Source of the DNA: a virus | Lineage: Duplodnaviria; Caudoviricetes | Reading direction: 5' to 3' (one strand) | Virus record (IMG/VR): IMGVR_UViG_3300050014_001170 | Location: 1-60,387 of that record | DNA length: 60,387 nucleotides | Part shown: piece by piece, positions 1-10,474 of the stretch | Layout of the letters: each line of letters opens with the position of its first letter | Numbering within the stretch: position 1 is the stretch's first letter | Program-made: the position numbers and the translations under genes | Notes under the pieces: model-generated | What the model was told of the DNA's origin: nothing | Database searches by the model: none | Seen by the model: the letters and a program-made list of their open reading frames with translations, nothing else

Positions 1-763
1 GAACTCCAATAGTAAGGGGTGCATCTGGAGCAGCAGTTCCAATACCGACATTACCATTAACAAATAAAGAACTATTGATGGTTAAATTGCCGGTCATTGT
101 ATCTCCAGCTTTTTGAACATAATCACCAGCTCCTCCACCTGCAACTGAAACATCAAGAACTCCAGCATTCCAAAATAAACCTGCCCCGGTCGAAGTGCTT
201 CTTATAAAATAGCTCAAAGCAGTTCCAACCGAAACGTTAGTTGCAAATCCTGCAAGACCTATTGAAGAGTTGGTTGCATATAAATTGAAAGAAGCATTCT
301 TAGCGAAAGCTGCAGTTCCTACTGAAACATTAGTTGCAAATCCAGCAAGTCCTATTGAAGAGTTGGTTGCCATTAAATTGATAGAAGCGTTAATAGTGGA
401 AACGACTAAACCAACACTAGCATTTGTAGCAAATCCGGCAAGTCCTATTGAAGCATTGGTAGCATAAGAACTTAAATCATAAGTAGCTGATGATGTGTCA
501 GCCATTTTAAGCCATGAAGAATATACATTATAAGCAGCAGAATCCGTTAAAATATATAATCCCTTTGATGGGTCAACTTGAACATAGGCTGGCATTCCAG
601 TATACACCCATGCTTCACCCCAAACGCTACCAGTCTTAATTTTCCAAGTACTTGGGTCAACCAAGTCACTATATAAACCAACGACGGTTCTAGCATCCAA
701 AGGACCTGCTAATAATGGTTCTAAGTTTGCAGCAAAATTAAATGTTCCTTTTCCTCTTGACAT
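1..763 (-). CDS. Tail fibre/virion structural protein, 5' part only (runs off the window start; missing from the ORF track)
   Basis: ATG at 763 opens MSRGKGTFNFAANLEPLLAGPLDARTVV..., which stays open to position 1. It has ATNASIGLAGFATN repeats plus KAGDTMTG and GNVGIGT motifs typical of fibre proteins. Confidence 0.75.
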   Translation of the reverse strand, partial: MSRGKGTFNFAANLEPLLAGPLDARTVVGLYSDLVDPSTWKIKTGSVWGEAWVYTGMPAYVQVDPSKGLYILTDSAAYNVYSSWLKMADTSSATYDLSSYATNASIGLAGFATNASVGLVVSTINASINLMATNSSIGLAGFATNVSVGTAAFAKNASFNLYATNSSIGLAGFATNVSVGTALSYFIRSTSTGAGLFWNAGVLDVSVAGGGAGDYVQKAGDTMTGNLTINSSLFVNGNVGIGTAAPDAPLTIGV

Positions 764-765
764 GG

Positions 766-2187
766 CTAAAATTCTAGATATATTTTTGTTGAATCTCTTT
801 TTGTTCCGGCATATGTATACAAAGTATAGTTAGCTACATATCTTTGTATTATATTAGTTGAAGCACTTGTTGCCCATGTTGTTAGGGATGAAGCAGCACT
901 TCCTCCTTCATATTCCCATTGTCCACTAACAGTGCTATATGTTTTAATTCCTGATAAAGCGTGCAAAGATATTCTCGCGGTTGGTATTTCAAATTTTTGT
1001 TTTGTAACATTAGGAACATCCCCAGTTTCCCCTACCAATATAAATCCATTAGCTATATTTGGAACAGGAGTAGTAGCTAATGCTAATAGAGTTTGCTTTG
1101 TTAATGTGCTGATATCTACAGTAGTTGCATAATATGGATAAGAACCTTCGATTATTCTTGTTGATGCAGCAGTTAAAGTGCCAGCTACTAATGGCCCTGT
1201 TGTAGCATTACCCCCTTTATTATCTAATGGTTGTGGACCCTGATTATATCCTATTTGACAACTCCATGATTGACTGCCATATTGAACATCGTATGCAAAA
1301 GATTGAACATTTGGTGATACATTAGAAGAAGCATCAACTAAGTTTGAACCTGTATAGTTATAATTATTGCAAGAGCCGCTTCTTACATTTTGATATGTTG
1401 TTCCATTATAAATGGTTCCTTGATTTAATGTTGTTGTAAATTGTAATGCCGCAATGTTTGTTGAAACCTCATATAATGTTGTAGTAGGTGACATGGTGAG
1501 CGTTCCAGTCGGAGCAGTAAGAGTAGGCTGAATTGTTGGAAATAATAAATCATTTAGAATAACTGTAACACTATCCCCGGATAAATCTGCAACTGTTGTG
1601 CCTGCTAAAATTCCGCCTACCGCACTAGGCATTGCTAATGTTGGATCTAATGTAGAGGGATCATAAAAAACTCTCGAAGATAAAATAGAAGAGTCCCCAA
1701 TTCCTGCTGCAACTGAAACATCAAGCATACCAGCATTCCAATTGAATCCAGTTCCTATTGAAGCTTCCCTTAATAAAGCTGTTGATAACTCCCAAAAATA
1801 TAATGAAGCTTCTAATGGAGTAACATTTTTCCACTTTGAAGTAGCAAAATCATATTGTAAAAATTGATTTGAAGAAATATCTACAATTGAAACATCAGAA
1901 AGCCCGGCAAGAGATGAAACACCTGTTGCTATTGAAACATCCAGCATACTTCCATCCCAAGCTAAACCAGTTCCTACTGAAGTATTTCTTATAAAATAGC
2001 CTAAAGCAGTTCCTATTGAAGCATTAGTAGCAAATGCATTTGTATAATCATAAATTGCTTTTCCTGTAACTAAAATCGATGAGGCATCTGCAACAATTGA
2101 TATTGAAGTATCCTGGATACTTATAACAGGTTGTGATGGAGAAGAGCCAAGAATAAGCCCATTCTTAATTTTAAATTCGTTTGCCAT
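766..2187 (-). CDS. Virion structural/tail fibre-like protein
   Basis: 473 aa, S/T/G-rich, with repeated 'SIGTGxxWxxxMLDVS' modules; lies in the structural gene block. Confidence 0.6.
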   Translation of the reverse strand: MANEFKIKNGLILGSSPSQPVISIQDTSISIVADASSILVTGKAIYDYTNAFATNASIGTALGYFIRNTSVGTGLAWDGSMLDVSIATGVSSLAGLSDVSIVDISSNQFLQYDFATSKWKNVTPLEASLYFWELSTALLREASIGTGFNWNAGMLDVSVAAGIGDSSILSSRVFYDPSTLDPTLAMPSAVGGILAGTTVADLSGDSVTVILNDLLFPTIQPTLTAPTGTLTMSPTTTLYEVSTNIAALQFTTTLNQGTIYNGTTYQNVRSGSCNNYNYTGSNLVDASSNVSPNVQSFAYDVQYGSQSWSCQIGYNQGPQPLDNKGGNATTGPLVAGTLTAASTRIIEGSYPYYATTVDISTLTKQTLLALATTPVPNIANGFILVGETGDVPNVTKQKFEIPTARISLHALSGIKTYSTVSGQWEYEGGSAASSLTTWATSASTNIIQRYVANYTLYTYAGTKRDSTKIYLEF

Positions 2188-2252
2188 TTTTTAATTATTC
2201 TTTCACTATCCAGAAATAATTCTATATAGCTTATTATTTTATATATTTTTGA

Positions 2253-4196
2253 TTATCCCGTAATGAATACTGAACAATCTCCTGTAAGCGACCCTAAGGT
2301 CCAATCCAGAGTAATATCCCCATTAGCAGCATATTTAACTCCTGTAAAAACAAGTTCTCTAAGTTCATAAACTGCTACTGTAAATGGTCCAGCACCAAGT
2401 CCATGAGTTGCAGCTGGAATAGCAAAAGTAGATATTCCAGTTGGATCAAATGCGCCGGCATATTTTGTAACATATCCACCTGCTCCTGGTACTGTTATAG
2501 TAATAGTAGAGGTATCTGATGTTATTGAAACCCCAACCCCCTGAACCAATTGTCTAAGATATGCGATATTATTATTTTCATATGAAAATATTGCTGCATT
2601 TCCTCCATTAGCTACATTCGCTACTGCTCTTATTGCATTAGTTGAAAGATCTGCAATACCTGCGGTATGAACTATAGTTAATGTATTAAGACCAACTATG
2701 GAAGTATCCATATAATCTAATCTTGTATCTACTTGGATAGAAACATCACTTATTAAAGCATCTACTTTAGTTTTGCCATAGTAGTTAGTTGAAGTTTCAA
2801 ACGCCATCGTTCCTAAATCCCTAGAACCAACTAATGTGCCATTCCAAACAAGAGCTGTCATCTCAGAAGCTTGGGCAGTGGCAATAGGTAATCCTAATCC
2901 AACTCCTGGGGTAAATGTAAACCCAGCAGAAGTATCAGTTCTATATTTTGTTCCATCCCAGAATCCAATCCCAAATGCTGTTGGCGTATCTTCTCTTGTT
3001 GCAACTGCTTGAGTAGAAGCATCTATGAAAGAAGAACCATCTTTAGCAATTCCTATTCTAAAAGTTTGAAAAGATTCATCATATACAAATATGTATGGAT
3101 CCGATGATCCTCTTTCTATAACAATACCAGATTGCATGTATGCAGGAGGAGCTCCTGTAAGACCTGTATTTAATCTAATATAGGATGCTGATACATCTAT
3201 AGTTTCTATATTTGTAATATATAAAGATCCATCTACAGTTAAATTTCCTCCAATATAAGTATCCCCGAGAACCGATAACCCTCCATTAATAGAAGCATTA
3301 TTTGTAACTGATAATCCTCCTGCAGTAATAGAGAGAGGACCGGTCATTGTATCCCCAGCTTTAAGAACAAAAAGTCCTTTAGAAGCTTCTAATCCTTGAA
3401 TAAGCCCATTTAATATTCCGAGAGAAGTATCCTGATTTAAATCCCAAGTATTAAATGTTCCTAATGAGCTATTGATATTGGTAATTTGTGTGCCAATTGC
3501 GTTTAATGAACTATCAAGATAAGTTTTGCCATAATAGTTTGTAGAGGTTTCCCATGTCATAGAACCAAGAGTTCTTACTCTAAGAGAACCATCTGCTCCT
3601 TCCATTACAAGTGCTGATGGGGTATTTGCTGTTGAAGCTACTAAACCTGCTATTTTTAATGAATTTGTAGCAGAAGTTGTGATTATTGTAGGAATATTTA
3701 ATGTACCGCCAAGACCTACTGAACTATTTGTAGTAGTTAAACCATTCCAGGATTTGACCGTTGCTGCAGCTAATGCCCCAATAGAAGCATCGTGAATTAT
3801 TGTTAATATATTTAAAGCACCAACAGAAGTTTCAAGATTATTAATATCTGTTATGCTAGTATTGATAAGACCGTTAAGAGTTCCTAAAGAAAGATCTATA
3901 TTATCTAATCTTGTATCTACTTGTGTAGAAACATCACTTATTAAGGCATCTACTTTAGTTTTGCCGTAATAGTTAGTAGAGGTTTCCCAAGTCATTGTTC
4001 CTAATTGTCGACTTTGAATAGAAACATCGACTCCTATCGTTCCAACTACTAAAGCATATGGAGTATTAGTAATTGTTGCTCCGGGACTTGATATATGAGT
4101 TACCCCTTGTAAATATACAGATGAATCAAAGGTAACATTTTTTAAAAATGAAGCACTTGAATCAACAATGAAATTGGGCTGAACATACTTTGCCAT
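2253..4196 (-). CDS. Tail fibre-like protein with three internal repeats
   Basis: 647 aa; LG(T/S)M(T/A)(W/F)ETSTNYYGKT occurs three times; also KAGDTMTG, GNLTVDG and GIVIERG fibre-type motifs. Confidence 0.65.
   Translation of the reverse strand: MAKYVQPNFIVDSSASFLKNVTFDSSVYLQGVTHISSPGATITNTPYALVVGTIGVDVSIQSRQLGTMTWETSTNYYGKTKVDALISDVSTQVDTRLDNIDLSLGTLNGLINTSITDINNLETSVGALNILTIIHDASIGALAAATVKSWNGLTTTNSSVGLGGTLNIPTIITTSATNSLKIAGLVASTANTPSALVMEGADGSLRVRTLGSMTWETSTNYYGKTYLDSSLNAIGTQITNINSSLGTFNTWDLNQDTSLGILNGLIQGLEASKGLFVLKAGDTMTGPLSITAGGLSVTNNASINGGLSVLGDTYIGGNLTVDGSLYITNIETIDVSASYIRLNTGLTGAPPAYMQSGIVIERGSSDPYIFVYDESFQTFRIGIAKDGSSFIDASTQAVATREDTPTAFGIGFWDGTKYRTDTSAGFTFTPGVGLGLPIATAQASEMTALVWNGTLVGSRDLGTMAFETSTNYYGKTKVDALISDVSIQVDTRLDYMDTSIVGLNTLTIVHTAGIADLSTNAIRAVANVANGGNAAIFSYENNNIAYLRQLVQGVGVSITSDTSTITITVPGAGGYVTKYAGAFDPTGISTFAIPAATHGLGAGPFTVAVYELRELVFTGVKYAANGDITLDWTLGSLTGDCSVFITG
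2716..3986. repeat. Intragenic direct repeat of about 83 bp (2716-2798 and 3904-3986; partial third copy near 3520-3560)
   Basis: Near-identical tctaatcttgtatctactt...gaaacatcacttattaa.gcatctactttagttttgcc in both copies. Confidence 0.8.
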
Positions 4197-4227
4197 TATT
4201 TATTGTTTATTTTATTTATATATTCTT

Positions 4228-5622
4228 TTAGTATCCAATGATAATTACATCATAACTTTGTCCTAAAGGAAAATTTGTAAAATTAAGTATTGAAGTATTA
4301 AGACCCCTGATTTTATCTGGAAATAATTCTTCCTGAGTTGATGGATCATATACTGCTATAAGATGATTCATGGTATTTAATGAATGATCAATTGTAAATG
4401 TATTTGACCCTATATTGGTTATAGTAGTATTATAATTTTTTGATTTCAGATAAGGGGAAACACCTATTTCGCCATTTATAGCAATTAAAACTCCATTATA
4501 TGAAGGATCTAATTTGAGAGCTTCTGCTATTATTTTTCCATGAACCCCAAGATTTCCTAATATATCTACATTGCCTTGAATTCCTACAGCTCTTTTATAT
4601 AAATCATCATAGTTTAATATAGTTAAATTTTGACCGTAATAATTGCTATTTCCAAAATATGCTCCAGCTACACTTCCCGTATTATACCAAAATGGCCCAC
4701 TCCAACTTTGTGTTTGATTTACAACTAAATCCGAAGAATTTATTGTTTGCAAAAACCAGGTGTCCCCTACTTTGTAAAGGCATTTATCTCCTGAAAGATT
4801 TGAATAAACACTAGCATCATTTACAATTGCAAGTCCCGAAATAGGAGGAGTAAAATAAGTTCCTCCAAATCCATTTGTGTCATCAATAACATAATAGGAA
4901 TTTAGTAAACTTTCAACAATCTCTTCTTTAATATTTAGCAAATATAAAGATTGGGGTGTTCCGATATTTAATGAACCTGCTCTAATTCCTCCATAACTGC
5001 TATCTAAATAATTACGTATTTCAAGATTTCCACTAGCGTCCTTTAATTTAACGCCATCATTTGTCATGTAAAGTTGGAAAGCTTGGGATAATGTTCCACT
5101 AGCATCTGTTGGAGCAATTATGCCTTTAACCCCATTATATCTGTATCCTGTTATCTGTATCGGAGCCGGAGGAACTATATTAAATGTTAAAATCCCCGTC
5201 ATGTAATCAAAACGCCAAGGATAAACAGCACTGGTTTTTTGTATTTCTACTCCATTTGAAAAAAGTTTCAAATCATAACCTGCACCATACTTATCTGATA
5301 TCCAATCTTTTAATCTGGGATTTGTTGGATCATCAGCTAATGCAAAATTAAAGGGATTTACAGAATTTGCAACTGCAGCCCAAGTTAAACTACCGGAAAC
5401 AGTTGTATCAACTTTAAGGGTAAATTTATCATATCCATCAATATAGGGATATGCTGAAAATGGACCATAGCTTGGATCAACAGGAATTGCATTTATCCAG
5501 ATTTCTTGAAGATGGACATTTATTGTATTATCCCCAAATTCTTCGTAAAATTGTTTCGCTGAATCTGTTTGGCGTTTATTTACTAAGGTTTTAAAAGATA
5601 TATCGTTTTGATTCCAAGACAT
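4228..5622 (-). CDS. Virion structural protein (putative)
   Basis: 464 aa; WRFDYMTGILTF...GYRYNG motif; C-terminal 'TIDHSLNT...IAVYD' module resembles the C-terminus of the 2253 ORF. Confidence 0.5.
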   Translation of the reverse strand: MSWNQNDISFKTLVNKRQTDSAKQFYEEFGDNTINVHLQEIWINAIPVDPSYGPFSAYPYIDGYDKFTLKVDTTVSGSLTWAAVANSVNPFNFALADDPTNPRLKDWISDKYGAGYDLKLFSNGVEIQKTSAVYPWRFDYMTGILTFNIVPPAPIQITGYRYNGVKGIIAPTDASGTLSQAFQLYMTNDGVKLKDASGNLEIRNYLDSSYGGIRAGSLNIGTPQSLYLLNIKEEIVESLLNSYYVIDDTNGFGGTYFTPPISGLAIVNDASVYSNLSGDKCLYKVGDTWFLQTINSSDLVVNQTQSWSGPFWYNTGSVAGAYFGNSNYYGQNLTILNYDDLYKRAVGIQGNVDILGNLGVHGKIIAEALKLDPSYNGVLIAINGEIGVSPYLKSKNYNTTITNIGSNTFTIDHSLNTMNHLIAVYDPSTQEELFPDKIRGLNTSILNFTNFPLGQSYDVIIIGY

Positions 5623-5637
5623 TTATAATATTAAATT

Positions 5638-8232
5638 TTAGCTTAACGTAATTTGTGTTATTGATTTAGAAATATTTTTAAAAATAATTTTAAGTGCAAA
5701 TTGATTTATATGTGTTATTTCATTTCCCAAACTATCTGTTCCTAAAGACCATGCAATACTTGAACTAGATCTTGCTGTCCATGCACCTTTTGCTTGATTT
5801 ATTGATGATCCATCTCCCCCCGTTCCGTATTCTAGTGCTAAATCAAAATATTTATCTTGATCAGTAAGCCATAGGATAATATTGGTATTTCCAAATCCGT
5901 ATATACTTGAATCGGTAATCGGATTAAATCCGGTGAATGTTAAAGTTCCACTACTTAAACTTCCTGTTTTAGTAAATCTTCTAATATATTCTTTATCCCC
6001 TGAAAATGCAAAATTAGCATAATCACCGGCAACAGGATATCGCAAGGTTCCATTCTGAACTTGAGCATATGCTCCATTACCAGGATTAAAAATTGTGTAA
6101 TTAGTTTCATCCCAATCCACATCTGTTCCTGATGAAGCAATTAAAAGTCTCTTACTCTCATCAGTAAAATATTCAGTTGTTACAGTTGCTCTTGTAGGTA
6201 AATATGTATTGAGTCTTTTTGTCAGGGTTAATGTACTTGAATCCCCTGTAAAATTGGGTTTATATAAAGTTACTGCTAATGTTGGATAACCAGAACCTGT
6301 AGCTTGATTAGCTATATCAAATGTAAATTCCTGATTAGCCACATTAAAACTAGCATCATAAGATGGAATCGATATTGGATTTAATAATATTTGAGATCCA
6401 TAAGTAGAAGTTATTTTTCCAACTGCTATTGAATGATAAGCATTCTTAAATATTCCAGGCGCAGCAGTAAATGATACAAGGATTTTTGAATTTATACCAT
6501 AATATTGTATTCCACTTAAATAAACGGAATTTAATGCTCCTTCCGAAACACTTGGGGAAATAGACCATTTAGCAGCGCCTGGACTTGGATCGAATCTTAA
6601 AAAGAATTCATTAGAAGTAGCTGCCTCAGAATGACCAATAGAATATTTTACCCCTCCTGTTCGTTGAGTAGTTATATCTAAATATGCTTCAACCCTTCTC
6701 CAGAAATCGGAATTGATTCCGCCATATCCTGCTTCATTATTAAATCTTAAAATCCCGGTTGCTTCAGTCGTTGAAAATGAAGTATTTCCAAAACCTAATG
6801 TCATATCATAAGAGGCATCTAAAACCCCATTAACATATCCATAAAGAGTTCCTCTTGTAGTAGTATTACCAAAAAATCCTGCTCTAAAAGTATCTACAAA
6901 ACTTGGTGTGGTAAGTCTAAAAGTATTATCAACAGCATAATCATTTATAATTATACCGGGCGCAATGCCGCTATAATACCAAGCTGGGATTAATCCCGAA
7001 GGTAATTTAGCTGCATAGGTTACAGAACTTGTTAATAATAGGGTTTTATTAGTTAATAAATTAGGTCGAGCCGGAGCCAATAACCCCATTATACTATCTA
7101 AATTAGAAACACTTGTTTGAAGATCATTTCCGGTAAAAATAAAATTTGAACTATCATAGTTAACCCCACCTATATTTGTAGAGTTTTCAATAATCATATC
7201 AAAAAGAAAATTATATGAAGGATCAAAAACTGCTGACTTATTAACAATTAACAAATGACTTGCATCCCAAGCAAAATCGGTGCTTAGGTTTATTGAAGAT
7301 TCTTTAAGATAATTTTTACTAATCAACCAAGCAATTGATGCATCTCGTGATGCTAATGAACCATCAATATATATTTTTTGCTGAGCATCTTTAAGATATA
7401 AATTTGTTATTGAAGCATCTCTTAAAGCAAAAGAACTATCAATATATGCTGTTGAATATCCACTTATAATACTAACATCTAATAAAGCTCCATTCCAAAC
7501 AAAACTAGATCCCAGCGATGATTCTTTAACATATCTGCCGTCATGCAAATGTGAAGATGGAGACATGTTAATACTTAGCCAAGCAATAGATGCGTCTCTT
7601 GCAAATAAAGAACTATCAACATATATTTGGGATACTGATCCAGCAATTACGCTTACATCAACATACAATTGACCATCTAATCCCCATGCAAATCCTGAAC
7701 TGAGATTTAATGAAGCTTCTTTAACATATATTCCTAGAGGTTGCTTATTAGCGTCAAGCCATGCAATAGATATATCTCGTAATGCTAATGCACCATTAAT
7801 ATAACTTGTATCCGTTGGGGACATGCCAAAGTGATGTGATAGATCTAAATAATATTGACCATCTTCACCTTGCAATAAATCTGCATTTATTATTGGAATT
7901 GGAGGAGTATAAGCATAAACGGGATCACCTTCATAAATTAGATACCAATTTAAAATATTGCCTGTACCAATTCCAGTTCTAGTATATTTTATTTTAAGAT
8001 AAAAAGTTGGTTGATCCCTAAATTGAATACCGCTTAAAGCACTTTGAGAAAGAGAATTCCAATTTGTCCACGTAGCATTATCCCAAGAATATTGAAATTC
8101 CTTCTTAGAAAAGACCCCAGAAATTCCTTCTTCTTGAAAAAATGTTATTCTTGTGACATTTGGAATAGGAATAGAATTAGAAAATTCTACGGTTTTTATA
8201 GATTCTTGTTTCTCGGTGAATTGGTATTGCAT
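5638..8232 (-). CDS. Large virion structural protein (putative)
   Basis: 864 aa; repeated 'RDASIAWL' and 'YVKESSL...FxW...LDVS' modules. Confidence 0.55.
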   Translation of the reverse strand: MQYQFTEKQESIKTVEFSNSIPIPNVTRITFFQEEGISGVFSKKEFQYSWDNATWTNWNSLSQSALSGIQFRDQPTFYLKIKYTRTGIGTGNILNWYLIYEGDPVYAYTPPIPIINADLLQGEDGQYYLDLSHHFGMSPTDTSYINGALALRDISIAWLDANKQPLGIYVKEASLNLSSGFAWGLDGQLYVDVSVIAGSVSQIYVDSSLFARDASIAWLSINMSPSSHLHDGRYVKESSLGSSFVWNGALLDVSIISGYSTAYIDSSFALRDASITNLYLKDAQQKIYIDGSLASRDASIAWLISKNYLKESSINLSTDFAWDASHLLIVNKSAVFDPSYNFLFDMIIENSTNIGGVNYDSSNFIFTGNDLQTSVSNLDSIMGLLAPARPNLLTNKTLLLTSSVTYAAKLPSGLIPAWYYSGIAPGIIINDYAVDNTFRLTTPSFVDTFRAGFFGNTTTRGTLYGYVNGVLDASYDMTLGFGNTSFSTTEATGILRFNNEAGYGGINSDFWRRVEAYLDITTQRTGGVKYSIGHSEAATSNEFFLRFDPSPGAAKWSISPSVSEGALNSVYLSGIQYYGINSKILVSFTAAPGIFKNAYHSIAVGKITSTYGSQILLNPISIPSYDASFNVANQEFTFDIANQATGSGYPTLAVTLYKPNFTGDSSTLTLTKRLNTYLPTRATVTTEYFTDESKRLLIASSGTDVDWDETNYTIFNPGNGAYAQVQNGTLRYPVAGDYANFAFSGDKEYIRRFTKTGSLSSGTLTFTGFNPITDSSIYGFGNTNIILWLTDQDKYFDLALEYGTGGDGSSINQAKGAWTARSSSSIAWSLGTDSLGNEITHINQFALKIIFKNISKSITQITLS

Positions 8233-8343
8233 GTAGAAACTTTATTTTCTTTATTTATCTGGTTTTAAAAACCGATAAGTTAATAAAGATCCTTCTACAA
8301 ATTACCCAGCTTTTTTGCAAAACGATTATATTATATTTTTAGA

Positions 8344-8991
8344 TTAAATTATCCCTGTTATTAATCCATTTAAAACTGTTACCGTTGAACCATCTGAAAG
8401 AAAAGTTCCTGTAAACCCAGAACTGATATCTTGTTTAGTCTGAAGTCCCCCCATTAAATTATTAAGAGCTTTTTGTAGACCTGCTATTGTATTAATTGCT
8501 TGCTCCCCTTTTTGATTTGGTCTCCATAAATAATAATTTGCATTTTTTCCTAAAAGAGTTTCGGCATCGGTAATCTTAGTAACTTCAAATGTTTTAACTA
8601 CTCCTCCAAGATCATTACATCCATCAGAAATAACAAAAGCATGTTCTGCAGAAACACCTTCGACTGGGGGAGCATAGGTTGGACTCGTATTTGGCAAATA
8701 TTCTATAGAGAATGCGGATACTTTTCCAGCCGTAGGACTAGTCATAGTATATTTGATCTCAAAAAATAAAAATTTATGATCTCCTGTATTAACTTTAATA
8801 TTTCCAACATTTAGATCTTCCCATGAAGACCAATAAATTCTATCAAAAGACCATCTAAATTCTTTTTTTAAAAAAAGTTTTGAAGAGTTGTCTGTATAGA
8901 ATTTTATAGAACCAACATTTTCAATAGGGATTTCATTCTTAAAATAGATAAGATTTTCTAAAGAAATTTTCGTGAAATTTGAAAAATTCAT
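8344..8991 (-). CDS. Structural protein, paralog of the N-terminal domain of the 5638 ORF
   Basis: FLKKEFRWSFDRIYWSSW aligns with FSKKEFQYSWDNATWTNW; AETLLGKNANYYL aligns with ADLLQGEDGQYYL. Confidence 0.55.
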   Translation of the reverse strand: MNFSNFTKISLENLIYFKNEIPIENVGSIKFYTDNSSKLFLKKEFRWSFDRIYWSSWEDLNVGNIKVNTGDHKFLFFEIKYTMTSPTAGKVSAFSIEYLPNTSPTYAPPVEGVSAEHAFVISDGCNDLGGVVKTFEVTKITDAETLLGKNANYYLWRPNQKGEQAINTIAGLQKALNNLMGGLQTKQDISSGFTGTFLSDGSTVTVLNGLITGII

Positions 8992-9093
8992 ATATTCCTA
9001 ATTTATTTTATTTATTCACAGGAAATAAACTAGTAATAAAAAAACCCCTTACTATTTCTAGTAAGAGGTTAAAAAAGAAAAAAGAAATAAAAA

Positions 9094-9582
9094 TTAAAAA
9101 GATAATTCTTCTGGAGTCAAAGTTCTCATGTTATCGAATTCAGAAAACTCCTTTATTTTTTCATAATTGGGTTTCTTTTTAAATTCCTCCTGCTTGGATT
9201 GTTTCATTTCCCCCATTAGTTTTACTTTCATATGTCCGATGACAATATCATATATGAGATCGGCATTTCCCCCTTGACGAAAAATCCAATCCTTATATTT
9301 TGCAACCAAGCGAGCCGAAACAAATTCATGTCCATAAGCACTCCAGGTTCCCCTTTTATTCAATCTTGTAGTCTCGGTTTTTCCGAGATCATGAAATAAA
9401 GCGGATAAAGAAAAATCAAGATCTCCACTTTTTCTAGCTCTTTCATAAACTATTCTCGTATGAATTAATACATTACCTTCAGGATGCCAGGTTTTACTCT
9501 GAGGAGTTTTCTCGCATTTTTCCAAAAGATTACGTATTTCTTCAGGAACTATTTTTGATATTTTTTCAAATGATAGGATCAT
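9094..9582 (-). CDS. HD-domain phosphohydrolase (CCA-adding-enzyme HD-like)
   Basis: Motifs WHPEGNVLIHT, ALFHDLGK, YGHE and HM. Confidence 0.8.
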   Translation of the reverse strand: MILSFEKISKIVPEEIRNLLEKCEKTPQSKTWHPEGNVLIHTRIVYERARKSGDLDFSLSALFHDLGKTETTRLNKRGTWSAYGHEFVSARLVAKYKDWIFRQGGNADLIYDIVIGHMKVKLMGEMKQSKQEEFKKKPNYEKIKEFSEFDNMRTLTPEELSF

Positions 9583-10234
9583 GTATTATACCTTTTAAAT
9601 CTCGGGGTAGTAAAAAAGTTGAATTTTTTAATATTTCTGACATAATTCTTTTACCTTCCAGCTCAATCTCCCTTCTTTTACTTTCACTAAAAATTTCATG
9701 TTCCATCATTTCTGCCATTTGTTTTGTCCGTCTTTCGGTATTTATTTTTTCGTTTATAATTCTCTCTGCTTCTAATAGTTCATCCTCAATAAGCCATGGA
9801 GCTTTTTCTTGTATATCTTTTTCAATAGGTATTAAAATAAAGCTCCCAGAAAAGAAAATAGTTTTTCCATAAAAACTTCTAAGACGAATTTCCCGTATCT
9901 CAGTTCTCATTCTTGGTGGGGTATTTATTTTATTTAATATTGCTTGAGGATTTATTTGAGGGATCATTCCAGCCTTTGACATTGATCGAATTAAATCATC
10001 TATACGGTCCTCAATTTCAACTTTTGTAAATAAAATAATATTATGAGGCCGATATAAATTATCTGGAAATTCTATTCTTTCAAGTTTTTTTAAAAAATCA
10101 AAAATCAATTCTGGAGTTTTTAACCTGACTGAGGATCCGTCAATAGAAAACTGAGCTCCTATAATTTCAGTGGAATCCTGTTTCCTTCCAATTTGCATGG
10201 AATCTTTTGGGTCTATATGTCTAATAAAAGCCAT
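9566..10234 (-). CDS. Hypothetical protein
   Basis: Long ORF; start moved to ATG 10234, just downstream of a minus-strand TATATTTG promoter (10239-10246). Confidence 0.6.
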   Translation of the reverse strand: MAFIRHIDPKDSMQIGRKQDSTEIIGAQFSIDGSSVRLKTPELIFDFLKKLERIEFPDNLYRPHNIILFTKVEIEDRIDDLIRSMSKAGMIPQINPQAILNKINTPPRMRTEIREIRLRSFYGKTIFFSGSFILIPIEKDIQEKAPWLIEDELLEAERIINEKINTERRTKQMAEMMEHEIFSESKRREIELEGKRIMSEILKNSTFLLPRDLKGIIHDPII

Positions 10235-10270
10235 AAGGCAAATATACAAAATATTTTCTAAATTAAAAAA

Positions 10271-10474
10271 TTAAAGAAGAATTATTAATTCATCTCCGAA
10301 ATTGTCTTCAATAATTTTCATAAACTCCTCTTGAGTAGCAGCTTCAGCAAGATCCTTACCAATTTTTTCAGTATCTAATCCTTTTTCAGTAGCTAAATCA
10401 AAAGCCTCTCTAAAAATGACAGTCATAAAATTAATACCTATCATTTTTGTATCAACAATGACTTTTCCCATCAT
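10271..10474 (-). CDS. Hypothetical protein
   Basis: ORF coupled to its neighbours by overlapping start/stop codons. Confidence 0.6.
   Translation of the reverse strand: MMGKVIVDTKMIGINFMTVIFREAFDLATEKGLDTEKIGKDLAEAATQEEFMKIIEDNFGDELIILL

Noticed and set aside
270-467. Plus-strand 65-aa ORF, and similar short antisense or nested ORFs throughout
   Set aside because: They are shadows of longer, motif-bearing genes on the other strand or frame.
2716-3986. Diversity-generating retroelement TR/VR pair
   Set aside because: Both copies lie inside one CDS, the differences are mostly synonymous and not adenine-specific, and there is no reverse transcriptase in the window.
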